The notes under the pieces were generated by a model that was not told the DNA's origin, ran no database searches, and worked only from the letters and a program-made list of their open reading frames with translations. The position numbers and the translations under genes are program-made. Positions 1 through 14,029 of a stretch of 64,000 nucleotides of DNA are shown here, piece after piece (position 1 is the first letter of the stretch; every line of letters starts with the position of its first letter). The DNA is from Cenococcum geophilum (taxonomy: Eukaryota). The stretch is taken from NCBI GenBank assembly GCA_050273025.1, contig CP158635.1, positions 19,406,001 through 19,470,000 of the forward strand. Direction: 5' to 3'.

Positions 1-222
1 GGTGCGTAGTTCTGCTAGTACCGTAATAGTCTCCTAGATTAACGTTAGCAGTGCTTAAGAGAAGTAAAGATATAACGCTAACCTTACTAAATACTTGTGC
101 CTAATTTAAAAGCTACCCTAAAGACCGGGTATTACAAGGGGAGCATTAAAGCCACTAGTGAGCAGTTTGTTCTTAAAAGGCTGTTTAAGATCTCGTTACT
201 TAGTCTTGCTAAGACGTATCTA

Positions 223-312
223 TCCCTTATATTGTTAATGTGATATAAAGTGTAGCCTGTGCGTGCGATTACGAACGGGGTACACTTTATATTATATCAA
301 CAATGTAAGGGA
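223..312. mobile_element. 90-bp MITE, non-autonomous derivative of the piggyBac-like family at 51116
   Basis: About 33-bp TIRs (tcccttatattgttaatgtgatataaagtgta vs reverse complement tcccttacattgttgatataatataaagtgta; differences are transitions), flanked by TA at 221-222 and 313-314. Its first ~45 nt closely match the left end at 51116. Confidence 0.85.
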
Positions 313-789
313 TAAGCATTTCTCGGCATATATAGTGTCTAAAGATGTCTTGCTAATATCTTTGTATTGGCTTATTTTCTAATATATTTCGCCATTTAAG
401 AAGTTTATTAAATCCGAATATTCCTTGGACATATTGCGATTTATACCAATACACGCCTTATTCCGGATTATTTCTGTCTTATTCCAGAACAAGTCGTTAA
501 AGAGGAACAATTCGTGTACCGCTTTAATTAGCTCTATTCCGGAACAATTACTTCATTCCAGAAAGGATCTAATACTACTTTAAACTTTTAAGGCTATATG
601 GACCTTTTAAATAGATTTTAGCTACTTCTACGAGTCGATTTAGGAAGTATAGGCAGCCAATTGTTGTAAATAAGGATTAATATATTCTTAATATTATATT
701 TAACCATCTAGTAGAGTATAGTCGCGATATTTAATAATAATAATTCATTGCTTAACGTCCGATTTGGATCCCTATTGGGCCCACGCGGA

Positions 790-3700
790 CTACTCCTTAT
801 ATACATGTGGGGAGAAAACTCTATTTAAGAAAACCCCGTGATCTATCTCCCCGCCTTTTAGGACTCGCCTACGAGGCGCCTACGAGGCGCCTGCGAGTCA
901 CCTATAGTGCTCCTACTACCTTACTTTTTAACCTCCTTAGGAACCACTGCTGCCGTAATAAGCCTACGGACGCGCTAGTATCGTAAACTTTACTCTACTA
1001 CTATAGAGTTAACAGGGGGCACCCGTTGCTCGCTCCCCTGCCTTCTATTACTATTTCCTTTGCAACCCAGAACTGGTTTAGTACATTTTGGCTAATAAGC
1101 TACTGGGTAACCGCCTTAAGGCCTTTTTATATTAAGAGTAGTGTCTTATAGTTCTCTATACTAGCTACTAAAAGCATTACTTCTTAGTTAGTATATAAGG
1201 GGTATAGTAGTATTACATGCTTTAGTGTCTGTCTTAGCTAGCCATATTTGCATCTAGGGCTACCTACTAGGATACCTATCCAGTAGAGCTAGTCTTTTAG
1301 TCCTATTACTCCTGTTCTTAAGAGTGTTGCTATTATATTTTCTGCCTTTATTAGGCCTTCTTAGAGCCCTAAAGTGTTTACCCCCTATAGCGTTAACTAT
1401 GCTACGGCTTAGGTTCTTCTTGCCTTAGTTAGCCTCTATACCTTTAACTCCTATACGCCTCTCTAGCGTTGGTCTAGCTAGTATTATATTATGGTAGTTA
1501 GTTTCCTGGTATTCTTTTATACTTTACTTTAGCTCTTTTTTCTCTCTTACTATTATCCTTGCTGGCCTCTTACGCGTTTCCCTTTCTCCTCTATATAGGC
1601 CTGGGCCCTAAAGCAGTACTATTCTTCTTCTGCTTTCTTTACCTGTTTCTCTAATATATCTTCCCTACTTTGGGGTTGTTAGTTTGTTCTTCTATAAGGC
1701 GCCCTAAGGTCCCTCTATAGTTTATTTAGGCGTGTCTTAATATACTTTATAATATTAAAGTTACGTTCCTTTTACGCCCTTTATATTATAGCGGCTTTAA
1801 TATATAGTTATAGGGGGGGAATATTAGCTTCCTTCTTAAGTAGTGCTGTGGCCGTTCGCTTATATCCGCCTATTATACTTTAGAGGTAGGCTGTTTAGAC
1901 CTTTTGGAGTAGTTTAAGGAGTAATTTAGGGGGGCCTTTTTTAGATTCTCTAATGGCCTAAATACTGGACCTATATGTTATGGTTGGCTGGATAACTGCT
2001 ATATATAGTAGGCGTAACCTCTAGAAGTATGGACCCTATATAGAATTAACGATCCTAGATAATGTGATGTACTATACTTGGCCCTTATAGGCTACTTAAG
2101 CCGTATATACGCTCTACCGGAGCTTACTGTCTACCTATACTCCTAATACTCTTAGGCTTTAAACTAGCTAACCCCTAAAGCCTTAAATGCGAATTATATA
2201 CTAGAGATCTACAGATTGGTTGCGTTTTCTTATAAAATAGATTAGCTAGTACTTCTCTGGTGAGAATTGGACTCTATATTATCTTGCCTATTCTATATAG
2301 GTGTTATAAGCTTTCTCTATTGTTCTACAATTCTCTACGGCTATTAGCCCGTATATAATTAGGTTTATATTATTAACGAAGCCTATCCCCTAGGTCGCCC
2401 CTTTCTTAAAAGAGTTAAGTAGGTTGCTTATAAAGAAAAGGAAGAGTATAGGCGAGAGGGGTGATCCTTGTGGTATTCCTATTGCAACTATAATAGGGGG
2501 GCTTTGGTATCCGCTAAAGACTAGTAATTTTTTTTTTGGCCTATAAACCCTTAAATAAATTATATAATCTATTTTAGGAAGCCTTTTGCTCTAAGAATGT
2601 ATAGGAGACGCTTATAGGGTATGTTATCGTAGGCGCTATTAATATCTAGGCTAAGCATTAATACTATAAAGTCCCTTCGCATTACCTATGCTAATTTAAT
2701 AGTGGCAGCGAGTAACGTAAGTACTAATAGTGTTAAGCGGTTCTTTCTTGCCCCTATTTAGCTTTATAGTAGTAGGGCGTGTTCCTTTGCCGTATCTACT
2801 ATGCGGTCCGCTATTACCCTTTCTAAGATCTTACTAAGGGTATTCTCTAAGGCAATAGGGCGGTAGCTCCCTGGAAATAAGTAGTCTACTTTACCTTCTT
2901 TACATAGGATAAACGTTATTATAGCTCTTCTAAGTCTTAGGTAGTAGCCTATTATAAAGCATGCTTTAGCTATATCCGTAAGCTAAGGTACTATTAGTAG
3001 TCCGCAGGTCTTTAGGGCTTTATTTAGGATTCTATCTGGTCCTAGTGCTATATTATTTAAAAGGCGGCTAATAGTTCTGGCCATTTCTTTAGTTATTATA
3101 TTACTATTAACCCTTAGGCGAGTTACTGGTGCTTCGCCCGTAATATTACTAAGGTCTACTAAGGCTAGTTAAGGGAAGAATCTTTCTGTAAGGATTTTTG
3201 CCTTTTTATTATTGTTGCTTGTGGCTAGTAATTTACCTAGTCTTTGCAAGGGCGGAAGGTGTGGGTCTTTTACTAGATATCCTGCCTTTCTCTTTGCCTA
3301 TTTTGCTATCCTCTAAAGACCTTTATTATGGGGGAGGCTTAGGTTAGTAGTATACTTATTTATAAACCATCTCTAGCTATTCCTTACTTCTTTTTTTAGG
3401 GTATTCTTTAGCTAGTTTCTTATATCTTTATAATGTCTCTCGTCTTTAGGATTATAGCTACTTATATATTTTCTTCTTGCTCGTCATTAGCTAGTAATAA
3501 GAACTATGCATTATACGGACCATACGTGTTGCGTATAGGGGCCCGCTTTTAAGATTAGGCAGTGCTCTTCTAACCTATTTTTAATTGCTGCCTAGATCCT
3601 TTCTAGTCTTTAGTTGATTTTCTTAGGGGTAGCTACTAAGCCTCGCTTATTTAGTATTGGGTGAATTTCTTCTAGGTCTTAAAGTTGTTATTTAACTATA

Positions 3701-6520
3701 TTAAGGAAGCTGTCTATCTTAAGCTTTCTTATTACGTATCTTTTGCTATTTAATTATGCCTTAATATCTAGATCTAGCTATATTTAGATAGGGATATAGT
3801 CTAAAGCGAGTGCCTATTCTTCTTTAGGGTTGCACCTTTTAAGTCTCTAGTATAGGCCTTTGTCTATAAATATAAGGTTAATTATACTTCTGGCGGTGCC
3901 TTATTGCTATATAATTACTCCTAGGGGGGTAGCTAGCTTAAGGCCCCAGGTATCTATAGCTTTTAGTAGGCACTCTACCTATTATTTAGTAGCAATATAG
4001 ATACCCCCCTACCGCGGGTAGTGGAGGTTTATGTCTTCTAATAGGATAAACTCTATGCCTTCGGTTTCTAGTAAGCTTATTACTAATATAATGTTCTCTG
4101 TTTATAGGACCCCTTTAACCCTAGGGTTATATATATTAATAATCTATACCGGTCCCCTATATGTCTAGATTATTATAACTATAATATCTGGGTTAACTGC
4201 CTGCTATAACTATAAGGATAGGCTAATAGCCTTACTAATTATAAAGCACACGCGTATGGCTGCTTTTGGTTTATATAGGAGCTAGAATCCTTAGGGGCAG
4301 TATATTAATTATATGTAGGTATTATAATACGGCTCTTATATAGTAAGGATGTAGTATTTCTTTAGGTTTAAGCTGTCTAGCAAGGGCCTTACAAGATGGT
4401 GGTTTGTGTTGCCGCAGTTATACTATATAATGGATAGGTGGTAGACCCCTAGTAGGGGTCCTTTACCTCTCCTTTACTCCTCGCTTCCTCTATTTCTACT
4501 TTCTCTAGGATATTTAGAGCTTTTATCTCTTATATCTGCATCCTAGTTACTACTTATTTTGTATAGAGCTTTCTATTCCCATATCTTGTGTTCCTAGTAG
4601 CGCTTCTATATCTAAATCTGTTATTATCTCCGGTTCCTCCCCTATTTTTACTAGTTAGCTATATACCCTTTAAGAGTTAGCTGTAAATGTTATGTTTGCC
4701 GTATTAAGTCTAATTCTTAATTATCCTAGTCTTAAGCTTGCTATAGCTATTTATAATAGTCTTCCTATAGGGCGTCCTCTCCCTTATATCCCCTGTAACC
4801 CTTATATCCCTATATAGTCTAGTAATATTGTACGGCGTCGCTTCTGGCCCGTTAAGGCTTGGGATAGCTGGCCTAGCCCCCCAGTATTAAAGGTAGGAAA
4901 TGCTAAAAAGGCACCTATGCCCCCCTAGCTTATCGCCTATTGTTTCTATTTATATAACCTAGCGTGTAGTTATTCCCGTAGCTGTTAAGCCCTTACCTTC
5001 CGTCTCCTATATTTAATGCAGTCTCCTCTTTCCCACGCCTTATATGTGCTTTGGTGGTAGTTTACGTATTTTATTTAGTTTTGATTTAAGTAGTTTCTTA
5101 TATTATGGGGGCCTGCATAGTAGCTGTAGCACACCTATGCTGCGCATATGGATTGGGTGTGTCCCTATTATACGTAGCGGTAGCATTATTTTAGGTAGAG
5201 TTTATAGTTATAGAGCCTTGCGTTATATATAAGGCCATTTATAATAATACCTTTTTGGATAAGGAGTTTTTGCATTCCTAGTATATATATGCTAATAATA
5301 AGGGAGCTATATGTTCGACTAGCGTCTCCCTAGCAAGTCTCTAGCGACCCTTATATTCTTTTATTGTTCTTATTATATACTTAGTTTGCATTTTCCTGTT
5401 AAAGCTATTAGATTTAGGTAATCTTAAGTCCTAGTATAAGGCGTTCCGTTTGTTTTACTATCTTATATATAGTTGCTATATTGTCCGCCTAGCGTCCCTT
5501 TTCTACCCTAAGGCTTAGGGGAACCGCTAGGACTTTAACTAGGTAATCTTTATAGAGCACTTTTATGCCAATATATTCTCCTAGCCTGTCCCCTACCCTT
5601 ATAGCTCGTTCCTTTGCCTATTAGTCCCTTAGGGTAACTCTAATATCTCCGCTCCTAAGGTGTTAAACTGCAACAGCGTTATAAACCTCTTTATAAATTT
5701 TTATAAGGACTTCTGTTTCTAATTATCCCCTAAGCCCCTCTGCTTTCTCTATATTTGGTTATATTATAATTATATATCCAGATATTATCTTTAGGGGGGT
5801 AGGCTCCCTATACTATAGAGGCGCAGCTACGGCAGCCTAGGTACGGTTCGCCGGTATAAAGGGGTTTTATTTATTTTTAATTTTGCTTAGCCGTTGGAGG
5901 ATTTAGTTAAGGGTTTGCTAGAGGGGCGCCTAAGGTTTACTAGATTGGCGGAGCCATTCTACTAGCTGCATTAGTTCGTTATAGCTAACGGTTACTCCCC
6001 CGTAACTACGGATACTAGACGCGTCCAATAGGCTTTATATTTTATTAGATGCCTTCTTAATAAAGGTCTTTCCGCTTTATAGTGTGGTATTCGCCCGTTC
6101 TTATTATAGAGGGCTATTGCTAGGCGTGGTTCTGGTGGACGCGCGTAAGTGCGAACTACCGTCGTTTAACGTGTGCCTCCCCTGCGATGCATGTATTTTA
6201 GGGGGATTCTCTAGGTGTTTTTTAGGGTTCTTTTGGTTGTTTTTGGTCTTTTTAGGCCGGGTGCAGTAAGAGCTCCTCTTATTTTAAATATATATATAGG
6301 TAGTCAATATTTAGTCGCGATATTTAGTACCAAAATATAAGATCTTAATTTTCTAACGAAATTTTATAAGGCTCTAGAGATCAACTTTTACCCCCCCCTA
6401 TAACCACTACACTACTACTAAATTCCATCTAAACTAGATTGCGATGTATTTAGTGGGTGTATTTAAAGGCTTTTCCGCATTATAGATATAGCCTATAAGT
6501 AGTAGAACTAAATTAGGTGG
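790..6520 (-). mobile_element. RIP-degraded non-LTR retrotransposon (Tad1-like LINE): gag-like ORF1 and endonuclease/RT ORF2; boundaries approximate
   Basis: Minus-strand translation gives the RT motif GIPQGSPLSPILFLFFI (~2430-2480) followed by a degraded FVDD (~2370-2385). There is an APE-like GDxNLHHP remnant (~4015-4040), a C-terminal CxC..H..C motif (~1200-1255) and zinc-knuckle remnants (~5040-5220). Many TAA/TAG stops. Confidence 0.85.
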
Positions 6521-6524
6521 GGGT

Positions 6525-9500
6525 GGGTACCTCTATAATACCTTATACATATCTACCTATTTTTACTAACTTAGTAATTAGAGACTAACTATAAGACTAT
6601 AATTTACCGCAATCTATAGCAATTTAACGGCAATCTGCCGTATTCCGCTACATTCCGCTAAGTTTTACTAAATCCTGCTAAGTTCTACTAATACCTAAAT
6701 TTTATTAAGTTCTGCTAGACCTAAATCCTATTCTACTCTATGTATATATTAACTAAGTAACTAAGTTAATAATATATACCCTTTCCTCCCGTTTTCTTAC
6801 CTTCTTTCCTTATATAATGTTTTAACTTCCTTATATAGTTTATATATATAGCTTAATAATATCTACTTTGCTATATATTATTATCGCTTATACTTACTCT
6901 ATAATACTATATTACGTTAACTACCTATACTATTATTAATATGCAGAACGAACCTAAAGCTCCTATAACGGCCGCTGGCATTATATCTATACTTTAAGAA
7001 TAATTAGTAGGGATATAAAAGTTTTTTTATAAACGTCCTTATATAAAACTAAGCTATTTTAAATTAATAATAAGCCGAATAAAAAGTATAATACTGGTAA
7101 TTAATTAAGGACCTCTAAGAAGAAGTCCGTACCCTTAAAATACCTACGCTAGGACCTTAAGACTAAACGCTATTTTTGGAAATAAATATGTGGAATATAA
7201 GTCCTAAACCTATAGTAGTTATTTAACCTAAACTAACTATCGCACTATAATAATCCGAATAACTATTAAACCCTTTAATATTTACTAGTAAATAATAAGA
7301 GCTTTAATTATTTCTAAGCTAGCTTAAAAATAAGCTAACTAGTAACGCTAACTAATACCTAACTAAAGCTAACCAACTCTATTATACCCTAAGTTAACTA
7401 GGAGAAAAGGTAGCTAACCTTATTAAACCTCTTTAGCCAAACTTAGTATAAAGCCTAGTTATGCTTCTTAAAGCTATATACAGTAACCTAAACCGCTAAG
7501 GTACTACTTAAAGAAAGATAAATTATATGGCTTAAGGAATAAAGAGTTTCCTAATATACTTTTCTGAATTTAACTATTATATAAGGGAAACAGGCTAAAA
7601 TAACTCCGTATTAATTAATAGCCTTATTAAATTTCTAAGCCCTAAACTAAAAACCTCCCTAATAGGCGTAGACCTACTAGAAGCCCTTAATACCTATATA
7701 AACGTTATTAATAAACGGTATAATAATATACTACGCCTAATACTAAAACACGCTTCTTAATATAATATAATACCCCTGCGAACATCTACTAAGTTATCTT
7801 AGCTTAAGCACCCTAACGCCATAAATATTAATACTAGGACCCTAAAATACGCCCTACTAAGGTTCTTTAAATAAGAATAACGCATTAAGCTAGGCCCCTA
7901 CTTTAAATATAGAAGTAACTCCCACTTCTCTAACTACTACTCCGCCCCCTTTTAAAAAGATCTATAAATAGTTAACGCTAGCAGTCTACCGCCCTAATTC
8001 TCTAGCTACTATCTGCGATTTTTATCTAGCTCTAGCTTAATAACTAATAAGTACTATTTATAAGGATAAAGCTCTAACTAATGTCCTATAAGAAACCCGC
8101 CCTAATTACCTCTAAAAGGAAGGTCCTAAAGCTAAGTTTTTTTAGGACGGCTCTGCTATAGAATTTTATTAAATATATTTAATGTTACAAACTCTAACTC
8201 TTAGAGCTATAGCATAATTACTAACTACCGTCTTTAGTAGAATAGTTAATAGGCTAATACTTAAATCCTAATTAATATAGGAGCTAGCGGTATAGGATTT
8301 ATTAATGAGATTTTTGCGTAAGATAATGGTTTTACCTTAACCCCCCTTAACCGGTATATTAATATATCTAGATTTAATAGTAAACATAATATCTTAGGCC
8401 GTATTACTTATATAGTAGCCCTAAGACTCTAATACCTAAACCATAAAGAACTAATTAAGCTCTTTATTACTACCTTAGATTACCTAATAATTCTTAGATA
8501 ACCCTAGATAAAGCTATATAAGGTAGTTATTAATTAAAATAACCTTAAGCTTCTATTTACTGCCCCATATTATAGAAAAGAATGCTCTATAACTCGCCGC
8601 CCTAATCCTAAACTAAAATCTAGGAAATCTACTAAGATCTACTAATCTAAGATTTCTACTAATATTTACCCTACGCTTAAGGAATCCACCAGATTCTATT
8701 AGCATAGGAATTTTACTAAATTTTATTAATATAAGAATTCTACTAAATTCTATAAGCTAATATTTAGCACCGTACCGCCCTAAACTAAGTAAAAGCTTAA
8801 GCTTAGTATATAAAACTACTAGAAGAACTAGTACCTATAATAAAAAGAATACTTAAAGAACGTAAACCCGAATCTAATATTAACTCTATACCTAATCCTA
8901 ATCCTAATCCTAAATAAGAAACTATAGACGATCTAAGCGAGCTCGGTACCCTAGATGTCTATATAATTAGAGCTACTTTACTAGCGTAACTCGCTAAAAA
9001 AACCCCAAATATATAATCTTCGCTATCACTATAGCTAATATTAAGAAGGCCTTAGCACTAAAGAAGCACACTAACCCTACTATAAAGGTACTAGTAAAGT
9101 ACTATAACCGCCTAGAGATATTTTTATAGAAGGAAGCTAATAAACTACCGGAATACCAACTGTATAACTACAAGATTACACTTAAAGAAGTAAAGTAGCC
9201 TAGATTTAGGCCCCTATATAGTATATCCTAAAATAAACTCTAAGTGTTATAGAAGTACCTAAATAAGAACCTAAGTAAAGGATTTATTAGAGTAAGCTTT
9301 TTACCCATAGCTATACTAGTAATCTTTATTAAGAAACTGGGCGGCGGATTACGCTTCTACGTAGACTACTAAGCTCTTAATGCCGTTACCGTTAAAACCT
9401 AATATTTAATCCCGCTAATATAAGAGACGTTAAACCGATTAAGGCTTGCTTCTATACAAAGCTTAATATTATCTCTATATTTAACCGCCTCTATATTATA

Positions 9501-12500
9501 AAAGGAGATAAATAGCTTATTACATTTCGTATCCAATATAGATTATTTAAGTATTTCGTAGTACGCTTTAGCCTTATAAATACTCCAAGCTCGTTTCAAT
9601 ATTATATAAATAACGCCCTACGCCCCTACCTGGATATCTTCTATATTGCTTATATTAATAATATTTTAATATATAGTAATAACCTAATTAAATACTAGAA
9701 ATACGTTTATTTTATTTTATAAGCCCTATAAGGAGCTAATCTATAATTAGATATAGATAAATACAAATTCTATAAAATAAAAGTCCTATACCTTAGGCTC
9801 CTTATTTCTATAAATAATATATAAATAGACCTAAAGAAAGTTAAAGAAATTATAAACTAGTAAGAACCTAAGAATATTAAGGATATAAGAGCCTTTATAT
9901 GGTTTGCCAATTTCTACTAACGGTTTATTAATAACTTTTCCGCCCTAATTTTACCCCTTATAACTCTAACCTAAAAGAATAAAGCCTTTATCTTTAATAA
10001 GGAATATAAAAAGGTCTTTACTTATCTAAAGATTATATTTACTACTATACCTATACTCTAATACTTTAACCTAGAATAAATAAGTGTTATAGAAACTAAC
10101 TTATCTAATTACATTACTAGAGGTATTCTATTTTAATATAATAAAGAAGGAGTATTGCACCTTATAGTATACTTTTTAAAATAACTAAGCCCTATTAATT
10201 ATAATTATAAGATTTATAATAACGAATTGCTAGCTATTATTAGATACTTTAAGTAATAGTAACCTAAGCTAGAAGGCGCTAGATTTCTAATTAAGGTCCT
10301 TAGCAACTATAAGAACTTATAATACTTTATAACTATAAAACAGCTAAGTTATTATTAGGCCCACTAGTTAGAATATCTATTTTATTTCTGATTCTTAATT
10401 ATATACTACTTAGGCGTTTAAGGTTAGAAGCCTAATACCCTAACCTAACGCTTATAAGACGCTCTAGCCCTAAAAAAAAGCGCTCTTACTAAAATTAGAC
10501 CCTACTTCGCCCTAAACTATTTAATCCTCCTACTAAAGATTTTATAGTTGTCTGTACGAGTAGAGGTTACGTGGTCATGTCTCTGATTAGTCATCCTTAC
10601 GGTGACTCATCAGCCCCCTATTTAGGCACCGCGATCCTTACGATCCTCTGCGAAAGACACGAATGAATCAAAGAACCTGTTACCTTATATTGCAATTGCA
10701 GTACCCCCGGGTGATACCGACAATAGTATATGTCCTTAAAATAACTAATTAATTAATTAAATAGATTATAGTTAACAAATATCTAAATAATAAGTTTATT
10801 TAAGAGACGCTTAAGCTAATATAAGATAGTATTAAACGCTCTAAAAAGATTTCTCTAAGTAAATATAAAGCCTATAGAAACCGCTTATACTACTAAAACT
10901 ATTTAGTTATCCTAAATTACGATAAACTTAAGCTTAAGCTCCTTAAATATATATACAACTTACTAGTAGCCGGTTACTTAGGCTAAGGAAAGACCTTAAA
11001 GCTACTTTAACGGGAGTATTACTGGCCGAATATATATAATATAACATAAAGGTGTATCTTTAGCTGCTATATCTACTAACGAGCTAAAGCTTTATATAAG
11101 ACGTATAATAGCCTTTTAAAGCCACTACCTATTCCAGACTAAAGATAGAAAAATATCTTAATTAACTTTATTATTAACCTCCCTATAAGTAAAGGCTATA
11201 TAAATATTATAATAGTTATAAACCAACTATCTAAGATATGGTACTTAATTGCCTGCCCTAATATATTAACGCCTACTATCGCCTAACTATTCCTGGATTA
11301 TATATTAAAACTTTATAAACTCCCTAAAACAATTATCTCTAATAAAGGTAGCTAGTTTATCTTTATATTTTAGAAAGAACTAACTAACTAACTTTATATT
11401 AAAGTACTGCTATCTACTATATATTACCCGGAAATAGATAGTTAAATAAAATGTATAAACGCTATAATGGAATAGTATATCTAAATATATACGTTATATT
11501 TATAAGATAACTGGATTAACTAGCTTATATTTACTAAGTTTACTATAAATAACTCTGTTTTAGAAACTATAAAGGTCTCTCTATTTTTAGCTAATTATAG
11601 CTAGCATTTATAAATAGGTTTTAAACCTTTTAGTAATATCCCTTACCTTATTTACTACGTCTTATAAGTTATAAAAGTAAATAAATTTATAGAGAAGATA
11701 GAGGAACTATAATGGTTTCTTACTAATAAAATAATATAGGCCTAATTTATTTATAATGCTGTAGTAAATAATAAACAAATCCTAGTACTAGCCTATCAAA
11801 TTAATAACTTTATTTAGCTAGATATAATAAATCTAAATATAAAACGCCTTACTAAAAAGCTTAATTAAAAGAACGCTAGCCCTTATAAGGTTAAGAAGGT
11901 TATTTCCTCTTACGCCTACTAGTTAAAGCTCTCTAATACGGTTAAAATCTACCCTATATTCTATACGTTAGTCCTTTACCCTACTACTCCTATATTAGAT
12001 ACCCTGTCTAAATAAATATAAGACCCTCCCTTACTAGTTAAAGTAGATAGTAAGAATAAGTACTTTATTAAAAGAATTAATAATATTAAGTATAATAAAC
12101 GGAAACGCTAATATATATACCTTATAAAATAAAGAGGCTTTATTAAGCCCTAATAGGAACCTATTAACTCTATAGGACTTATATAAGCTATAGAAGACTT
12201 TTATAAACTCTACCTAGAACTACTATAGCCCTATCTTATAAAAGCTTAAGTTTAAAGAGGGAGTACTATTATAGGGCACCCCTATAACATCTTATATACA
12301 TCTACCTGTTTTTACTAACTTAGTAATTAGAGACCGACTATAAGACTATAATTTACCGCAATATATAGCAATCTAACGGTAATCCGCCGTATTCCGCTAT
12401 ATTCCGCTAAGTTCTATTAAATCCTACTAAGTTTTGCTAATACTTGAATTCTACTAAGTTCTGCTAGGCCTAAATCCTATCCTACTCCGTATATATACTA

Positions 12501-12655
12501 ACTAAGCAACTAAATTAACAATATATACCCTTTTCTCCCGTTTTCTTACCTTCTTTCTTTATATAACGTTTTAACATCCTTATATAGTTTATATATATAG
12601 CTTAATAATATCTACTTTACTATATATTATTGTCGCTTATACCTACTTCGTAACA
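6525..12655 (+). mobile_element. RIP-degraded Ty3/Gypsy chromovirus LTR retrotransposon (copy A)
   Basis: 5' LTR ~6525-6906 (first few nt missing); 3' LTR 12267-12655 (ends cgtaaca), preceded by a purine tract. Degraded protease, RT (KK.GGGLRF.VDY ~9330-9370, YxDD remnant ~9650), RNase H, integrase and chromodomain-like YLxKWRG remnant (~12120). Confidence 0.92.
10549..10722. mobile_element. 174-bp solo LTR, not RIP-mutated, inserted in Gypsy copy A
   Basis: Termini TGTC...GACA with a 5-bp TSD ATAGT (10544-10548, 10723-10727). The homologous site in Gypsy copy B (~15905) is empty and has a single ATAGT. Confidence 0.9.
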
Positions 12656-14024
12656 CTTTAGTATAATAGCCTTATTTTCTATAATTTATACAAGCTCCTT
12701 TTTTAAACCACTTATTTTGCTATAAAATCCGCCTAAACGTCTTCTATTACTAAGATCCTTAGTTTAGCCTTTACCCCTTAGTCCTTTAATTACTTAATTC
12801 TTAACCCCTAAGTTTCTATAATTTTTTTTCTCTCTTTAGGTTTCTTTAGTACTATTTAGGTCTATTAGCTCTGGTTTGCTATATTATAGTTTCAATACCT
12901 ATTATAAAACTATATTTACCTATATTAGTTTACCTATACTTTTACCGCCCTTCTCTAACTAGTAAAGCCTATTATTAACTTTTATTGATTAGTTAATTAG
13001 TTCTATTATAGTTATTATATATTCTATAGGTATTATTATTATTGAAACTTTAGCCTTTAGCTCTCTTCAGTACTACGCTATTAACGCCCCTTTATTCTAC
13101 TTAGTTTACGCTATTAGCGTTTAGAACTACGTTATATAGTCTATAGCCAATACTTTCTATTCTACTATAACCGTTAATTCTATATCTTTATATATCTACG
13201 TAAGTTTTTCTACAAGTCTATTCTATATTAAAAATATATATTAAACTTTTAAATTAGTTACAGCTAATCTATTAGCTTATATCTCTATAAAATAGAGTTT
13301 AAACTATTCTAGTACTCAATCTGTTAAGAATAATTCTACGTATATAACCTAGTTGGCTAAAATAGCTAGCTTTGTTCCTTTATTCTATATCTTAAGTCTT
13401 ATTTATATAAGAAACCCTTTAAGCTTTAATTTTTTGCCTAAAAACCGTTCGATTAATAGTATCTTTATTTTTATTATTCCGAAGTTTCTTAGCTTGGTTT
13501 TAAAACTTGCCTAATTAATATTAATATAATCTATTATTTCCCTTAACTGGTCTATTATAACTATCTATAAGTTACTGCTTTTTACTAGACTTATATCTCC
13601 CTAAGACCTAGAGGTTAATCCTCCTAACGTTATTATATGTACTATTTTAGGTAGTATCTTATTAACTATCATTTTACTATAACCTATATAATAAAGCCTT
13701 ATAGTAGTTACTATAGTAGACTTATTAATAAGCTAGGTATATTAGTAAATATAATAATAAGATTTAACTATAGAGTAAGTGCTTAATAGACTAACTCTAG
13801 TTATATTCTAAGATTTACTATAAAGAGAGAACTATCTAGGTAAAAACTATAGTACTTTAAATATATAACCTAACTTCTATAAAATATGCTAAGTATATTA
13901 ATACGTCGCGTTTCTACGTTTTTATATTCTTACGTTCCGAATATATCCTTATAACCTCCCACGTAACTTACTTACCCTTAGTCCTATAGTTTAATCGGCT
14001 CTAGCGTCTCCCGCGTTATCGCTA
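12656..14024 (-). mobile_element. Remnant of an older LTR retrotransposon (gag region), host of Gypsy A and B
   Basis: Minus strand reads a gag-like ERFxGxKxKLKGFL motif (~13405-13450) and a degraded CxxCxxxGH zinc knuckle at ~12660-12700 that is cut by Gypsy A. Confidence 0.6.
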
Positions 14025-14029
14025 CTAAC

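Noticed and set aside
8888..8912. ctaatc repeats resembling telomeric sequence
   Set aside because: They lie inside Gypsy coding sequence, are a RIP-altered low-complexity linker, and are not CCCTAA.
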